A stretch of DNA of 64,000 nucleotides from an uncultured delta proteobacterium. GTDB taxonomy: Bacteria; Desulfobacterota; Binatia; UBA9968. The stretch lies in the NCBI GenBank assembly GCA_963728565.1, contig CAVSLC010000005.1, positions 160,001 through 224,000 on the forward strand. Direction: 5' to 3'. The position numbers and the translations under genes were made by a program. Below the pieces are notes generated by a model. It searched no databases. It was not told the DNA's origin and was given only the letters and a program-made list of their open reading frames with translations. This document shows positions 9,694 through 20,287 of this stretch, in pieces. Each line of letters starts with the position of its first letter. The stretch's first letter is position 1.

Positions 9694-10464
9694 TTACAAA
9701 AATGAAATGCCACCGTCGACATTCACCGTCTGGCCGGTGATGAAGTCGCTCAGCGGCGAGGCTAGAAACAACATGGCGCCGACCACATCCTGCGGCATCT
9801 GTATGCGCTTCAATGCGCGCAAGCCGGCAGAGGATTCGCGCAGACGAATGACCTCTTGGCTGGGGTTTTCTTCAGACAGCGTATTTCCCGGGGCTAGAAC
9901 ATTGACGTTGATATTGTCATCGCCGACCTCGCGAGCCAACGTCCTGGTAAAGCCGATGGTGGCCGTTTTAGATGTCACGTAGTGAATCCTTCCCGGGCTC
10001 CCCGCGAACACCGTTCCCGAAGCGATATTGATGATCTTGCCGGATTTCTGCGCCCGCATGCTCGGCAGCACGGCGCGGCAGCAGAAAAACAATCCTTTCA
10101 GATTCACCGCCATGAGTCGGTCCCACTCGGCGGGCTCGATGGTCTCTATGCGCCCGCGGTTCATAGGGATAGTTGCGAAGATCGCAGCGTTGTTAATCAA
10201 AACATCGATTCGGCCAAAATGTTGCACTACCGCGGCAGCCATTTCCTTGGTTGATCTCTCGTCGGCAACATCCGTGTGCAGCGCCAGCGCGTGGGCGCCT
10301 GTTTGTTGTACGATTTCCGCGCTGACTTTGTCTGCGGCCGGCCTATCTATGTCCGCCACCACCACGCGCGAGCCTGATTGGCCGAAGCCGAGGCAGTAGG
10401 CTTTGCCGATGCCGTGGCCGCCGCCGGTGACGATAACGACTTTATCCTTGAGTCCTTCGATCAT
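9694..10464 (-). CDS. Short-chain dehydrogenase/reductase
   Basis: TGGGHGIG, NNAA and YVTSK motifs. Confidence 0.93.
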   Translation of the reverse strand: MIEGLKDKVVIVTGGGHGIGKAYCLGFGQSGSRVVVADIDRPAADKVSAEIVQQTGAHALALHTDVADERSTKEMAAAVVQHFGRIDVLINNAAIFATIPMNRGRIETIEPAEWDRLMAVNLKGLFFCCRAVLPSMRAQKSGKIINIASGTVFAGSPGRIHYVTSKTATIGFTRTLAREVGDDNINVNVLAPGNTLSEENPSQEVIRLRESSAGLRALKRIQMPQDVVGAMLFLASPLSDFITGQTVNVDGGISFL

Positions 10465-10488
10465 TGCCGAATATGAGAGTCTTCTCGG

Positions 10489-11583
10489 TTATCCCAATGC
10501 AGGGTTGATCAGCGCTTTGGTCGGGAACATCTCGGGAATTTCACCGCCGACCGCGCGAATGCACTTTTCAATTTCTTTTAATGGAAATGTATGGCTGACC
10601 ATTTCTTGAACCGGGAACTTCGTCTCTTCAATCAGCCGCAGCGCTGCCTCGGTGGCGTCGTTGTCTGCGGTAAAGCAACCCTGCAGCTTGATCTCATTCC
10701 AAACCAGTTTATCCATCAGCATGGGTGTCACTGTGGTGTCACCCGTCAATCCGCCCAGAACCAGTGTCGATTGCCGATGGAGACAATCGACGGACTTTAA
10801 GATTGCGTTAGGATTGCCTGACACATCAACGACTACGTCGCACATCTCGCCATTGGTTTCCTTGCGAATGACCTCGACGACGTCTTCTTCTTCGACATTG
10901 ATGGTACGGGTGGCGCCGAACTTCCTGGCCAACTCGAGCCGCGGTTGGTCGCGGCCGATGCCGCTGATAAAGACTTTCGCGGCGCCGGCGTGGCGCGAGG
11001 CAAATGTGCAGGAGAGCCCTTGCTGTCCGGGACCTTGGATCAAAACATAGTCGCCCATTTTCACGCCGCCGCGGCGGATCGCCCATTGAAAGCCGTTGGC
11101 CATCACCGAGCCGATTAGCGCCGCCGCTTCGGCGGGCAACGCATCGCTTACCTTGGTGGCAAGAACGTCAGGGGCCAGGTAAATGTAATCCGCAAAGCCG
11201 CCAAATAGGTGTGGCGGCTGATCGCATTTGGTTCGGCCGCCGTAGTTGGTCCGCTGACGGCAAAAGCGCTGGTTGTTGCGCCGGCAATCCGAGCAGCGGC
11301 CGCAGCCCAGAGCGCCCTTTAGAATGATGCGGTCGCCTTCTTTGACGTGGTGAATCGCCGCGGCGTTCTTGCCGAGCTTCTCAACCCGACCGAGAATTTC
11401 GTGTCCAAGAATGATTGGATAATCGACCTTGAGCTTACCATGCAGATACTTCACATCGGTGCCGCAAACGCCGCCCATCTCCACTTTTACCAGCCCGCCC
11501 TCGGCAGGGATTTCGGGCATGGGATACTCGCGAAGCTCCAGCTTATCCGGACCGAGAAGCGTTGCGCCTCGAACTGTCGCCAT
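10489..11583 (-). CDS. Zinc-binding (medium-chain) dehydrogenase
   Basis: GVCGTD, GHE, structural CxxCxxCx7C and GPGQQG motifs. Confidence 0.92.
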   Translation of the reverse strand: MATVRGATLLGPDKLELREYPMPEIPAEGGLVKVEMGGVCGTDVKYLHGKLKVDYPIILGHEILGRVEKLGKNAAAIHHVKEGDRIILKGALGCGRCSDCRRNNQRFCRQRTNYGGRTKCDQPPHLFGGFADYIYLAPDVLATKVSDALPAEAAALIGSVMANGFQWAIRRGGVKMGDYVLIQGPGQQGLSCTFASRHAGAAKVFISGIGRDQPRLELARKFGATRTINVEEEDVVEVIRKETNGEMCDVVVDVSGNPNAILKSVDCLHRQSTLVLGGLTGDTTVTPMLMDKLVWNEIKLQGCFTADNDATEAALRLIEETKFPVQEMVSHTFPLKEIEKCIRAVGGEIPEMFPTKALINPALG

Positions 11584-11637
11584 AGGATCCTCCTCAGGTT
11601 TCCGCTGTGTGATACAATCGACTACTCTGTTGGCTCG

Positions 11638-12645
11638 TTATTTGACTTTATATTCCTTAGTTAACTTGTCGATAAAGCCGCTGGCATCGAGTTCTTTGAC
11701 CAGCGATTGGTCGGCGAACCGCTCAGGATCTTCCTTGAGGACCTTCGGATCCTTCTTCCCGACTTCCTGGATCGGCAAGTCATAGTATTCTTTGGCAGGG
11801 TAGGGTTTCAAAGGGAAATCATATTCGCGGAAGTTTTCTTCGATCACTTCCCGGTCTTGGACTTTCATGTATTTGCCGATGACTTTCATGCTGAATTCTT
11901 TGTTGGCTTTATAATAATGCACCCCTTCGATCATGGCTTTGGTGAAATTCACCAGATCGGCGCGATTCTTTGCAAGATAAGGCCGGCGTGACACGAAGAA
12001 GAGACTTGAATAAGGGATGCCGAGCTTGGATGCGTCGGCGATCAGGGAAAATCCGAGCTTGCGCGCTTGCAAGGTCATGGGTGGGGTGAGCATGGCGGCG
12101 TCGGCATTGGCGGTCTCGACGGCGGCAATTCGATTGGCCTGATTGCCGACCTGCAGTAACGCCACATCGGTATCGGGTCTGAGTCCTTCGCGCTGCAAGA
12201 GATAGCGCGCGGCAAAGTCGGCGTTGCTGCCGAAGCGGCTGATCGCGATGCGTTTGACTTCCTTGAGGCTCTTGATGCCTTTCCTGGCGTAAATACGATT
12301 GTCCATGGTGTTGCCAAGCCGGCCGAACATGACCAGTTCCAACGCCGGCGTTGAAATTACTACTTGTGGCGAGAACATGCCGACCTGAGCGTCGTCGGAA
12401 GACAACGCGGCAGCGGCAGATGCGGCGCCTTGGATAAAAATGAGCTGAACTTGATTGCCGTACTTTTCAAACAGTTTGGCTTCCTTGGTAATCCAGAGCG
12501 GTGCGAACTGGCCGACTTCGCTGGTCCAAACGACGTTGATGTTTGCCGCACCTGCAGCGGCGGATTGGCACAGCGCTCCGAGAGCAATTAGGCTCGCGGC
12601 TAAAAAGTGACGGCCATATGTCATTCGCAGCTCCTTTGTTTGCAT
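11638..12645 (-). CDS. ABC transporter substrate-binding protein (NMT1/SsuA-like)
   Basis: Signal peptide, LFEKYG and ISRFGS patterns of NMT1/THI5-type SBPs. Confidence 0.85.
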   Translation of the reverse strand: MQTKELRMTYGRHFLAASLIALGALCQSAAAGAANINVVWTSEVGQFAPLWITKEAKLFEKYGNQVQLIFIQGAASAAAALSSDDAQVGMFSPQVVISTPALELVMFGRLGNTMDNRIYARKGIKSLKEVKRIAISRFGSNADFAARYLLQREGLRPDTDVALLQVGNQANRIAAVETANADAAMLTPPMTLQARKLGFSLIADASKLGIPYSSLFFVSRRPYLAKNRADLVNFTKAMIEGVHYYKANKEFSMKVIGKYMKVQDREVIEENFREYDFPLKPYPAKEYYDLPIQEVGKKDPKVLKEDPERFADQSLVKELDASGFIDKLTKEYKVK

Positions 12646-12724
12646 GCCCGGGCAACAAGATTGACGCTGATGGGTTAATCCTATACTGCGATAGAGACCT
12701 GAGAATCAAGTAAGGGAGGGGAAA

Positions 12725-13700
12725 ATGAGCCGACTCTGGATAGCATTTTTGTTGCTGCTATCGACCAGCGATGTCACAGCGCAACCATTAACCCGGGTGA
12801 TGTCGGGATATGCTGCCACGTCAGGACCGCATGCAGTCCTTTGGCTGGCTCGTGAAGCTGGTCTGTTCGAGAAAAATGGTTTGCGCACTGAGGTCGCTTA
12901 CATACGCAGCGGGTCGACAATGGGCCAGGCGTTGGTCGCCGGAGAGATCCAGTTAGCGCAAATGGGCGGTCCGGCGGCTCTCGCGGCAGGTGTCGCCGGC
13001 TTTGACGTCACGATGGTCGCCGTTGCACTGAATACTACGCCCATCGTGATCATGGGCAAGGTTTCCAAAATGGAAGAGCTCAAGGGCAAAGCAATCGGGG
13101 TGACGCGCTACGGTTCCAACACCGATATATCTGCGCGTTTCGCGATCAGAAAAGCGGGGCTGCAACCGGAAAAAGATGTGGCTCTAGTCCAGTTGGAAGA
13201 CTATGCGGGGATTATGGGCGGCATTCAGTCCGGGCGGATTGCCGCCGGCGCGTTGGCTGATCCGTTTACCGATCATGCCAAGAAGTTGGGCTATAAGGAA
13301 ATCGCCGATATCGCGGCGCTCGGCCTGGAGTTCCCCTTTGTCGGGATTGTCACCAAAAAAACTTTCATCAAGGAACAGCCGGATATCGTCCAGAGATTCG
13401 TGCGCGCCTATACCGAGTCTATCAACTCTATATAAAAACAATCGTGAGCTGGCGAAGCAGGTAACCAGCAAATACACCGGCATCAAAGATCCTGAAATTC
13501 TGAACTCCACGGTGGATTTTTACGCGCCCAAGCTAGCCAGCGTGCCCTATCCGACAATCGGCGGAATACGATTTGTCTTGGACCAGGTCGCGACTCGCGA
13601 TCCCCGCGCCAAGAACTTCAATCCTGAGACTTTCATGGATCTGCGGTTTGTAAAGCAACTCGAGGACAGCGGATTCATCCAGGGATTGAACCGGAAGTAG
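12725..13700 (+). CDS. ABC transporter substrate-binding protein (NMT1/SsuA-like), frameshift ~13424
   Basis: GLFEKNGL and LKGKAIGVTRYGS. The C-terminus LYKNNRE...LEDSGFI continues in the overlapping ORF to 13700. Confidence 0.85.
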
Positions 13701-13887
13701 CGAACCGATTTGACGAAAGATATGACAGTTGAAGATATCAGCCGGAAGTAAATAGGACATGCCTTGCAGCACGGAGATCAGCAACAGCACGAAGCTTAAG
13801 AATATCCGGCACCCGTCAAAGCCTTCGTGACCTGCGGTCGTGGTGAGTTCGTATTTGTAGAGCGCCCGTTATTCTCCCAGATCGCGT

Positions 13888-14385
13888 CTACCGCCTGACG
13901 AGTGCCAGGCCCAGTAAGGTTGCGATTGGGCCGATCGTAGCGTTGATCTTTAGCAGCAGAAACCATTTTTGCCAGTCGGCGCGTAAAGCCTCCGGCCACG
14001 AGTCTGTGGTGATTGCTGCCTGATTGGTATTGGAAGCGATCTTGGGGCCATACTTGAACACTTGCAGCGCATGATGAACCAACATCGCGACAAAGAGCAG
14101 CAGCTTGACTGACAGAATCGTCAGATAATATTGTCCCAGGTGAGCGCCGGTCAATTGACTGCGCAGAACCAGGTTCAGTATTCCTGTAACGAATAACAGC
14201 CCGATCGCCGTCCAGGACAGCAATTCAAAAGTTATCCGCCCGCGATTCAGAAGTTTTAAACCGAGCCCTGCCTTTAAATCGTGCACCGCCGGTCCAAAAA
14301 CGATCAGAAAAAAAGCTATTCCGCCGAGCCACATCGCCAGCGCCAGGAGATGCAGCAGGAGATTCACAGAATGTAGTCGGGTCAT
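13888..14385 (-). CDS. CopD-like/DUF4149 membrane protein
   Basis: LHLLALAMWLGG, TG..N and KLLL..M..HH pattern, with four TM helices. Confidence 0.7.
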   Translation of the reverse strand: MTRLHSVNLLLHLLALAMWLGGIAFFLIVFGPAVHDLKAGLGLKLLNRGRITFELLSWTAIGLLFVTGILNLVLRSQLTGAHLGQYYLTILSVKLLLFVAMLVHHALQVFKYGPKIASNTNQAAITTDSWPEALRADWQKWFLLLKINATIGPIATLLGLALVRR

Positions 14386-14705
14386 GGATTGAAGTAGCGA
14401 GTCACAGCAGTCGCACTGTGATTAACATCGCTCCCTAGGCTTTGCAAACCTGACCCGCCGAGTGGTGGCGGCTGCAACCTGGCGAGTTGTATTCAAAAAG
14501 CTCGATGCAGCTTTCTACCGTATTGTGAGTTTCAAAATTCAGCTCGTCTCGGATGACGATCACAAAGGCTGATGTCCTGTTAACGATCGACCATCGGCCG
14601 TTCTTTATCTTGACAATTTGAAACACCCTCTGTTACGAAATCTCATTCTTTGGAATGGGGAGACGCCAATGCGGCTAATCGGCAAAGCAGCGGTACGGAA
14701 ATTAT

Positions 14706-15707
14706 GTGCAATGCATCATGCTTTCTGTGGCGACGGTGGCATTCTTGCGTCATTCGTCGCCGGGCGATGCCCAGAGTATCGAAGAGACTTATCAACGGGC
14801 GTTGAAGGAGGGCGGCGCGCTCAACGTCTACGGTACTTTAACCCCGGACACCGCGGCTAAAGTTCTGCCGCTATTCGAGAAACGTTTTCCCGGTCTCAAG
14901 ACGGTCAACACCGGAGCAAGTTCCGACAAGATCGTCGCCCGAGCGATTTCCGAGGCGCGCGGCGGCAGAACCATTGGCGATGTTTTTCACATGAATCTGG
15001 AAAACATCATGCAGCTGCATGAGCAAGGCTTGGTGCTGGAGAAGCTGCCGGCGGAAGCCGACGTGTTTCCAAATCATCTCAAGGGCTCCTATTGGATCGC
15101 CACCCGTTTCAACACCTTGGTGGCGGCCTGGAATACGCAACTGGTGAGTAAATCGGACGAGCCTAAGAATTTCGAAGAGTTTGCCGATGCGAAATGGAAA
15201 GGCAAGCTGTTGGCCGAACCTCGTGATGCCGAATTTTTGATCGCCTTTGCCGAACAGAGATATAAAAGCAGCGATAAAGCGATCGAGTTGTTTAAAAAAA
15301 TTGCCGCCAATAATGTCGAGTTTCATAGTGGCCACCCGCAGCTGGCGGAACTGCTGACGGCTGGGCAGGGCGCGGTTTGCTTAACCTGTTACACCCATCA
15401 TCTGCTGCCAAGGATGCACAAGGGAGCGCCGTTGAATTACATGCGTAGTTTCGGCGTCGGTCTAATCAGCGCCACCGCGGTCTTCAAAAACGCGCCTCAC
15501 CCAAACACCGCGTGGTTGTTTCATCGCTGGGCGGCCTCGGACGAAGGACAAAGGGCGTTCGGTATCGAGGGGCGGGTGCCGGCGAATCCGAAAGTCGAGC
15601 CCGCCGAGGCTATCGGGCTCAAAACCGTCTACGGCCTGGGCGAGAAAGAATACCGGGAGTTCTCCAGGTACGAACAGCTTTGGAAGCAGATCTTTAGCTT
15701 GCGCTAG
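14706..15707 (+). CDS. Extracellular solute-binding protein (Fe3+/polyamine/thiamine class)
   Basis: EGGALNVYG, AWNTQLV, KWKGK and APHPNTA motifs. Exact start uncertain. Confidence 0.85.
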   Translation: MQCIMLSVATVAFLRHSSPGDAQSIEETYQRALKEGGALNVYGTLTPDTAAKVLPLFEKRFPGLKTVNTGASSDKIVARAISEARGGRTIGDVFHMNLENIMQLHEQGLVLEKLPAEADVFPNHLKGSYWIATRFNTLVAAWNTQLVSKSDEPKNFEEFADAKWKGKLLAEPRDAEFLIAFAEQRYKSSDKAIELFKKIAANNVEFHSGHPQLAELLTAGQGAVCLTCYTHHLLPRMHKGAPLNYMRSFGVGLISATAVFKNAPHPNTAWLFHRWAASDEGQRAFGIEGRVPANPKVEPAEAIGLKTVYGLGEKEYREFSRYEQLWKQIFSLR

Positions 15708-15739
15708 GATTGCGCAATCCGAGATGTGATCCGCCCGGG

Positions 15740-17419
15740 CTATCTCCATGCGTCGATAGAGACGCTCTTGTCGTAGTTGCAACCCATCACTCGCCAGTAG
15801 CCGTTGGTTTCGCCGCCGACCACCACCACCTTTATCTCATCTAAGCGAAACATCGGTACGAGTTCATCGGCAGCCGCTTTGAGCTTGGTGGCGTAGGGCT
15901 CCTCGCCCTTGAGCGCCCGTGGGTGAATGTAGTTTTGAACAAGTTGATCGTCCCAGTAAATGCCGGCCGCCATGGTGGCATGCTCGTAGATCCATTGAAT
16001 CAACTTATCCTTGGTATCGAAGCCGCCCCTATCAATAAATTGCCGCGCCACGATCGGATCGAGTATGAGAGTGGGCGGTGTGTGTGGGTTTAGACCTTGA
16101 AGCAGATACTGAACATGATCGCGCCAATGTTTTTCTCGAAGTCCCATCTGGAACGACGTGGTGCGACAATGCCTAAATAGGCTGACAACGCTGTCGCTAG
16201 GATCAAAGCCATGCTCGACGTGGAGCGGCATCCAGGGACTTCTTTCCTCATTTTCCGCGTAGGTGATGCTGTTATAGGCGTAGTTATTTCCTTGGGAGCC
16301 CATGTAGGTTTCGCCCGGCACGGATCCGCCTTGCAAATTCTGCGACAGCAGTCCGAAAGCCCTGCCGATGGTGGCGTTGGCGTGGTTGTAAGGTCCCATC
16401 GCGCCAATTCCCCAGTTCATGCCGATCTGATGCCGGACCGGTCCATTCACCACCGCCATGGTGGCGCCGGAAGTGGTGGTGCTCGGTCGGGCCGTGACTT
16501 CTGAGGCCGCAAGGGCCAGGATGACTGGGAGGTATTCAGGTTTGGCGCCGGCCATGACCGCGTTCACCGCAACCTTCTCTACGGTGAACTGCCATGCCTC
16601 CCGGGTGCGTGTCGGGCGCATAGTGCCCACCACTTCATCCGCTTTGCGGCGGGTGCCAGACAGCATCGCTGCCACCCTCTCTTCGGTCGGGACGACGATT
16701 GGCAAATAGTCGGTCCAACCGTTATCCAAGAACAAACGCTGCAGATTACTCTCGTTGTCGGGATCAATCAGCCTCGGCGTTGACCGATCGATCTTGATCT
16801 TCTGCTTCTCCTGATCGCTTAGCGGCTTTGTCAGCGCCTCAACGATTTCTTCCATGAAGGGTTTGCCGGTTACCGGATCGCTGCCGTCGATGTAGGCTTT
16901 CAGTTCGGAAGAGGTCTTGCCCATCACAGGCATCGGTACAAAGGCGAACCTCTGATGCGGCATTCCTTTGGTATAAGCGACGGATCTTACGACCGAAGCG
17001 AAAGGTTTGGCGTGAACACCCACCGTGGGCACGCCATACTGGTTTTCCAGAGTAATACAATGCACGGCGACCGCCGGCGCGCACGTGCTTCAATGCCCGA
17101 CCGCCATAACGGCGGCAGCATCGTGCGCGCGGATTTCGCCAAAGAGCTTTGGATCATCTTCGGTGTAAACACCCGCTTTGCTCGCCAAGATCGTTTTTGC
17201 TTTGGGCAAGTGTTCGGCGAACCAAGCTTGCATCTGTTGCAGCAGTTTGTCGCCATCGACGAAATGAACATCGACCAAATAAATCGTTTTGCCGTTTAGA
17301 CTCTCAAACCGCGGCGCCATACCCAGCTGTTCGATGGTTGGCGGGTACCCCATCGGGTTCAAAGCGCTAACTTTTCCGTCGGCGGACGCAACGAACTCGA
17401 CTGTTTCACTTTGATTCAT
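15740..17419 (-). CDS. UGSC-family-like (seleno)protein, 559 aa, in-frame UGA (Sec) at 17090-17092
   Basis: ORFs 17090-17419 and 15740-17065 are in the same frame. The junction reads GGG CAT TGA AGC ACG TGC = G-H-U-S-T-C (UxxC), followed by a hairpin. Confidence 0.85.
17060..17089 (-). promoter_or_regulatory. Putative bacterial SECIS element
   Basis: After the UGA: AGCACGUGCGCGC-CGGC-GGUC-GCCG-UGCAU, a stem with a G-led apical loop starting 18 nt after the UGA. Confidence 0.6.
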
Positions 17420-17795
17420 GTTGAAGCTCTCCTGCGATTTGACGATTTATTTCGCGACCGGACAATGCCCCGGCGGTATCGACGCATTCATTGAACTCAA
17501 CTCACGCTTTATGCCAGCGTCGCTCCGATGGCAATAGCGAAACGCTGACAACTACCGATGAACGGTGATCCAATCCGATTGCGGCGCGAAAATTTTTTCT
17601 AGACAATCCATTGCCGTCTGGTCATCTTGATTTGCTTAGCCTCGGAGATCTGCGAGAGCTGACATGGATTGGAGTAAAAGCAAGCGCGGCAAAGTGGCAT
17701 TGGCGCCGCGATGCGGGCTTTTCCCCTTGAAATGGCCAGGTGCCTATGTTAGCTAAATTTAAGTTTTTCTGCCCATTCCCCAACACAAGGATGGA

Positions 17796-18470
17796 TTGCT
17801 AGAGATGATGCGCTGGTTGCCAGAAGATGTATCGACCTATGGTCACGAAATAGACTCGTTATTTTTTCTTATTTATTACATCACGGCCGCCACTTTCATA
17901 TTGGTCACGGTGTTGATGGTCCTGTTTTTAGTGATGTACCGCGAGAGACCTGGCCGGCGAGCGACCTATAGTCACGGCAACACCACGCTTGAGATCATTT
18001 GGACGATTATTCCCGCCGCTATACTGATCGTGCTCTCGTTCATGAGTGTGAATACCTGGGCAAAGTTGAAAAACACCGTGCCGCCCAGTGACTTCGCCAT
18101 CCAAGTTACCGCCAAGCAGTTTAACTGGGGCATTGCTTACCCGGGCGCCGACGGCAAACTCGGCACCGAGGATGACGTCAAATTCGACAACGATGTCCAT
18201 GTGCCGGTTAATAAGGTCGTCCACGTCCATCTCGGATCTGAAGATGTGATTCACAGCTTTTTCATTCCCAACCTTCGGTTCAAGCAGGATATGGTTCCAG
18301 GACGAACAGTGACGGGTTGGTTTGAAGCGACTAAACCCGGAAGGTATGAACTGCCCTGCGCGGAATTGTGCGGCTTCGGCCACTCCGGTATGAAGGGTTG
18401 GCTGCACGTCCACAGCGCCGAAGATTACGCCAAATGGGCGGCGGAAAATTTGGCCGCCAAGCAGCAGTAA
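17796..18470 (+). CDS. coxB: Cytochrome c oxidase subunit II
   Basis: DVIHSF and CAELCGFGHSGM CuA motif, LEIIWT. Confidence 0.95.
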   Translation: MLEMMRWLPEDVSTYGHEIDSLFFLIYYITAATFILVTVLMVLFLVMYRERPGRRATYSHGNTTLEIIWTIIPAAILIVLSFMSVNTWAKLKNTVPPSDFAIQVTAKQFNWGIAYPGADGKLGTEDDVKFDNDVHVPVNKVVHVHLGSEDVIHSFFIPNLRFKQDMVPGRTVTGWFEATKPGRYELPCAELCGFGHSGMKGWLHVHSAEDYAKWAAENLAAKQQ

Positions 18471-18527
18471 CTTTCCATTCTAGATCGGATTCATCCGAAG
18501 AGCAGATTCACGGAGGATTATATTACG

Positions 18528-20279
18528 ATGAGTCAGACAGTAGCGGCCGGCGCGGCGCACGTAGCCCACGCGCATCATGAAGAGCTTGGCTTTTGGCGCA
18601 CCTACATCTTTTCTACGGATCACAAGATGATCGGCCGGCAGTTCTTGTTTATGGGCCTGTTGATGTTGATCATCGGTGGATTGCTGGCGATGATGATGCG
18701 CTGGCAACTGGCATGGCCGGAAACCGCCGTTCCCGGATTGAGCGCCATTCCCGAGCCTTATATGTACGAAGGCATTATTCCGCCGCAGACCTATAATGCG
18801 CTCTTTACCATGCACGCAACCATCATGATCTTCTTCGTCGTCATGCCGATCATGGTCGGCTGCTACGGCAACTTTCTTATTCCCTTGATGATCGGCACGC
18901 GCGACATGGCTTTTCCACTCTTGAACATGCTTTCGTTCTGGGTCGGCGCCGTGGCCGGTGTCATCATGCTGGCGAGTTTCTTGGTGCCGGGTGGGCCGGC
19001 CGCAGCCGGATGGACCGGCTATGCAACCCTGTCAGCGAGGGCCGCATACACGGGCGTGGATCTAGGCCAGGATCTCTGGATCATTAGTTTGCTCGTGCTC
19101 GGCATATCTTCTCTGATGGGCTCGATCAATTACATCACCACCATTGTCAATATGCGGGCGCCCGGAATGACCTACTTTCGCATGCCGTTGACCGTTTGGT
19201 CGCTTTTCATTACCGCCATTCTGCTTTTGTTGGCTTTGCCGGTCTTGACCGCCGCATTGGCCATGCTGCTCTTCGATCGCACCCTGGGCACCAGTTTCTT
19301 TCTTCCTCAAGGCGGCGGGCAGCCGCTTCTCTGGCAGCATATGTTCTGGTTTTTCGGTCATCCGGAGGTCTACATTCTGGTTCTTCCAGCCATGGGAGTG
19401 ACTTCCGATCTGCTCTCGACTTTTTCGCGCAAACCAATTTTTGGCTACCACGCCATGGCCTTTTCCATGATTGCCATCGCTTTTCTCTCCTGGGTTGTCT
19501 GGGGGCATCATATGTTCATCAGCGGCATGAATCCGCTGCTCGGTACCGCCTTCATGATGACGACTATGGTGATCGCGGTTCCATCGGCGATCAAGGTATT
19601 TAACTGGCTGGGAACTCTTTGGGGCGGAAGCATTCGGCTTACTTCGCCGATGCTGTTTGCTCTTGGTTTTGTTTCTAACTTCCTGATCGGCGGTTTGAGC
19701 GGCATCTTCATGGCGTCGACGCCGGTCGATATTTTCATCCACGATACCTATTACATCGTTGCTCACTTTCACTATGTGGTCGCGGGAATCATTTTCGCGC
19801 TGTTTGCCGCTGTCTATTACTGGTTTCCCAAAATGTTCAGCCGGATGATGAGCGAGCCTTTGGGAAAAATTCATTTTGTTTTGACTTATATCTTCTTCAA
19901 TTTAACTTTCTTTCCGATGCATTTTCTCGGCGTCGGCGGGCATATGCGGCGAATCTATAACCCGACGCAATACGAATTCCTCCAGCCGCTACAGGACTGG
20001 AATGTTTTTATTACCGTGAGCGCCTTGTTGCTGGGGCTTTCTCAGGTGCCGTTCTTGATTAATTTTTGCTGGAGTCTTTTCGCTGGAAAGAAAGCGGAGC
20101 GCAACCCCTGGCAAGCCAACACCCTGGAATGGTCGGCGCCGACACCGCCGCCGCACGGCAATTTCGAAGCCCAGCCGACAGTTTACCGCGGGCCCTACGA
20201 GTATAGCTCGCCCGAGGTCAAAGAGGATTGGCTGCCGCAGGACAAGGCGCTAGCCAAAACGGTCGCTCGGGCGCACTGA
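18528..20279 (+). CDS. coxA: Cytochrome c oxidase subunit I (A1 type)
   Basis: DHKMIG, WFFGHPEVY, WGHHM and AHFHY motifs. Confidence 0.97.
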   Translation: MSQTVAAGAAHVAHAHHEELGFWRTYIFSTDHKMIGRQFLFMGLLMLIIGGLLAMMMRWQLAWPETAVPGLSAIPEPYMYEGIIPPQTYNALFTMHATIMIFFVVMPIMVGCYGNFLIPLMIGTRDMAFPLLNMLSFWVGAVAGVIMLASFLVPGGPAAAGWTGYATLSARAAYTGVDLGQDLWIISLLVLGISSLMGSINYITTIVNMRAPGMTYFRMPLTVWSLFITAILLLLALPVLTAALAMLLFDRTLGTSFFLPQGGGQPLLWQHMFWFFGHPEVYILVLPAMGVTSDLLSTFSRKPIFGYHAMAFSMIAIAFLSWVVWGHHMFISGMNPLLGTAFMMTTMVIAVPSAIKVFNWLGTLWGGSIRLTSPMLFALGFVSNFLIGGLSGIFMASTPVDIFIHDTYYIVAHFHYVVAGIIFALFAAVYYWFPKMFSRMMSEPLGKIHFVLTYIFFNLTFFPMHFLGVGGHMRRIYNPTQYEFLQPLQDWNVFITVSALLLGLSQVPFLINFCWSLFAGKKAERNPWQANTLEWSAPTPPPHGNFEAQPTVYRGPYEYSSPEVKEDWLPQDKALAKTVARAH

Positions 20280-20287
20280 GAACGGCA

